From UHGV virus genome UHGV-0112814: 39,031 nt of DNA; one strand, written 5' to 3'. The DNA is from a virus. Positions within the stretch are counted from its first letter, which is position 1. Every line of letters begins with the position of its first letter. The translations under genes were made by a program, and so were the position numbers. The notes below the pieces were generated by a model that worked only from the letters and a program-made list of their open reading frames with translations, did not search any database and was not told the DNA's origin. Below are positions 37,425 through 39,031 of the stretch, one piece after another.

Positions 37425-37706
37425 ATGGCTAAATTTACAGACGTACACGACCTGTTAACTGCTTATCAAAAACAGGCCCGAAAAGTACCGCCTAAGGGAG
37501 TTTACGCATCAAAGCAGCGACAACAGGAAGTCCAGGCGGCGCACACGAGAAAGGTAATGCGCCAGCGTAAGCGCTCTGTTGGAAAGTCTAACAAATTAGG
37601 ATTTCGTCGCCGGGCAGAAACTACGGCGGCGCTGATTTGCGAAATGAATTTTTGGGCGCTGGTGTGTCGTTCAAACCGCAAGAATTCCATCCAGGGTGAG
37701 GGATAA
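37425..37706 (+). CDS. Hypothetical basic protein
   Basis: ORF-track 37323..37706; internal ATG at 37425 has RBS aaaggagag and starts 2 nt after the upstream stop. Confidence 0.45.
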   Translation: MAKFTDVHDLLTAYQKQARKVPPKGVYASKQRQQEVQAAHTRKVMRQRKRSVGKSNKLGFRRRAETTAALICEMNFWALVCRSNRKNSIQGEG

Positions 37707-37708
37707 CC

Positions 37709-38455
37709 ATGAGCACTATTACCAAAGAATTAACCAAAGAGCAGTTACAGCAAATTATCGAAACTGACCACGTTCAATGCGGTGAGGCTTCGGCGCTGGC
37801 GCGTATCGCGCTGGCATCGCTCGAAGCGGAGCCTGTGGCGTGGGCGCACAGATTAATCAACAAGCGTAACGGAGTCGTTCACCCTTGGGTTTACGGTAGC
37901 GCAGAGGCGTGTCCAAGCGAGGGGGATATCTTCAATATTGAGGTAATGCCGCTCTACACCGCCCCGCCAGCGCCGGTATCTGTGCCCGCTACGATGGAAA
38001 TTGATGATGACTTTGACAGCGCGTTTGAACACGGAAAAGCTGTCGGCTGGAACGCCTATCGCGCCGCCATGCTTCAGGCCGAACCTGTAAGTAATAGTGA
38101 TGAGTTACCGCTGGACTATCTGCAAGGTCACAAAGACGGCCTTGAATGGGCTGCACAATTGGCAGAAGCCAATCATCCGCAAACAGGTGACTGGTTGTAC
38201 GACGACCAAATCGATCTTGCCAGGGCGATTCGCAAAGGTCCGGATATGCCTACTGTTCAGGGTGGCAACTCTCCGGTGATTCCAGATGGTTGGGTGATGG
38301 TGCCGGTTGAGCCTACGATAGCCATTCTAGACGAATTCGATTCGATTATTGATTACGGCGCTGAGGATTCTAAGGATGCGTGGAGTCGTCTTCTGGCAGC
38401 CGCTTGGATTAAATCGCTGCCAGCAGCGCCGCGGCAGGAGGTTAACCGTGGCTAA
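37709..38455 (+). CDS. Hypothetical protein
   Basis: 248-aa ORF, acidic, Pro/Ala-rich linker. Confidence 0.55.
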   Translation: MSTITKELTKEQLQQIIETDHVQCGEASALARIALASLEAEPVAWAHRLINKRNGVVHPWVYGSAEACPSEGDIFNIEVMPLYTAPPAPVSVPATMEIDDDFDSAFEHGKAVGWNAYRAAMLQAEPVSNSDELPLDYLQGHKDGLEWAAQLAEANHPQTGDWLYDDQIDLARAIRKGPDMPTVQGGNSPVIPDGWVMVPVEPTIAILDEFDSIIDYGAEDSKDAWSRLLAAAWIKSLPAAPRQEVNRG

Positions 38456-38555
38456 CCTGCAACTTGCCGTCAAAGGTGAATAACAATCCTCGCACTCGCG
38501 GGGATTTCTTTTATCTGAACTCGCTACGGCGAGTTTTGCTTTATGGAGATGATAA

Positions 38556-38723
38556 ATGCACTTCCGAGTCACAGGTGAATGGAATGGAGAACCATTCAAC
38601 AGAGTTATCGAAGCAGAGGACATCAACGACTGCTATGACCACTGGATGATATGGGCGCAGATAGCACATGCAGACGTAACCAATATTCGAATTGAAGAAC
38701 TGAAAGAACACCAAGCCGCCTGA
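38556..38723 (+). CDS. Small hypothetical protein (55 aa) ending inside a terminator hairpin
   Basis: Own translation MHFRVTGEWNGEPFNRVIEAEDINDCYDHWMIWAQIAHADVTNIRIEELKEHQAA. Confidence 0.3.
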   Translation: MHFRVTGEWNGEPFNRVIEAEDINDCYDHWMIWAQIAHADVTNIRIEELKEHQAA

Positions 38724-38737
38724 TGGCGGTTTTTTAT
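38714..38737 (+). terminator. Intrinsic terminator upstream of xis
   Basis: agccgcc-tgat-ggcggtt stem (one G.U pair) followed by ttttttatt. Confidence 0.55.
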
Positions 38738-38780
38738 TGCCTGATTTGCAGGTTCGATTCCCTATTCGGAGATAGCACTC

Positions 38781-38981
38781 ATGCAACACGAACTACAACC
38801 TGATTCACTGGTTGATTTGAAATTCATCATGGCTGATACTGGCTTCGGTAAGACCTTCATCTATGACCGGATTAAGTCCGGCGACCTGCCTAAAGCCAAA
38901 GTTATCCACGGACGAGCAAGATGGTTATATCGTGACCATTGTGAATTCAAAAATAAGCTCTTAAGCCGCGCCAATGGGTAA
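38781..38981 (+). CDS. xis: AlpA-family excisionase / DNA-binding protein
   Basis: 66 aa; TGFGKTFIYDRIKSGDLPKAKVIHGRARWLYRD fits the AlpA/Xis HTH pattern; last gene before the int end of the element. Confidence 0.6.
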   Translation: MQHELQPDSLVDLKFIMADTGFGKTFIYDRIKSGDLPKAKVIHGRARWLYRDHCEFKNKLLSRANG

Positions 38982-38998
38982 AATAGCGGGTAAAATAT
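38977..38998 (+). repeat. Two direct GGGTAAAATA repeats with 12-bp period, immediately after xis (candidate Int arm-type sites)
   Basis: gggtaaaatagc-gggtaaaatatt; the first overlaps the xis stop codon. Confidence 0.5.
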
Positions 38999-39031
38999 TT
39001 TTCACATCTAAAAAACACCATTCCAATCAAT

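Noticed and set aside
38746-38761. Possible tRNA gene or attP core, because of the tRNA T-arm-like sequence ttgcaggttcgattcc
   Set aside because: No acceptor, D or anticodon arms can be folded around it and the 3' side of the T-stem is not complementary; recombination here would not regenerate a tRNA. Kept only as a low-interest note.

Overview
The window reads as one essentially complete ~39 kb temperate phage or prophage: a P22-like (Sf6/HK620-type) podovirus virion and packaging module combined with lambda-type regulation. All calls rest on reading the six-frame translations and the DNA by eye; no searches or computations were run. Layout: disrupted P4/IntS-type integrase (86..1467,+), AT-rich O-antigen acetyltransferase moron (+), then on the minus strand P22-type tailspike, ejection proteins gp16/gp20/gp7, tail needle gp26, gp10, gp4, coat, scaffold, portal, TerL, TerS, Rha, lysis cassette (lambda-like S holin, lysozyme, Rz/Rz1), lambda Q with pR', a nin region (NinB, HNH endonuclease, Dam methyltransferase, NinE, NinF-like, YbcO-like, RusA), replication genes (O-like initiator with ori iterons, primase-helicase), lambda cII/oop/nutR and a non-lambda Cro. 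On the plus strand: CI repressor (S24 peptidase type), a co-transcribed small membrane protein, lambda-like pL leader/nutL/N, about 20 small early-left genes including RecT, and an AlpA-type excisionase at the far end. Most notable: the integrase is split by a perfect 224-bp tandem duplication; GGGTAAAA-type repeats cluster at both window ends (likely att arms); an Mnt homolog is present without arc/ant; an HNH endonuclease is wedged against a Dam methylase in the nin region; and several membrane-protein genes sit in lysogen-expressed or moron-like contexts as candidate exclusion or defence functions. No rRNA, tRNA, CRISPR array or IS element was recognised.
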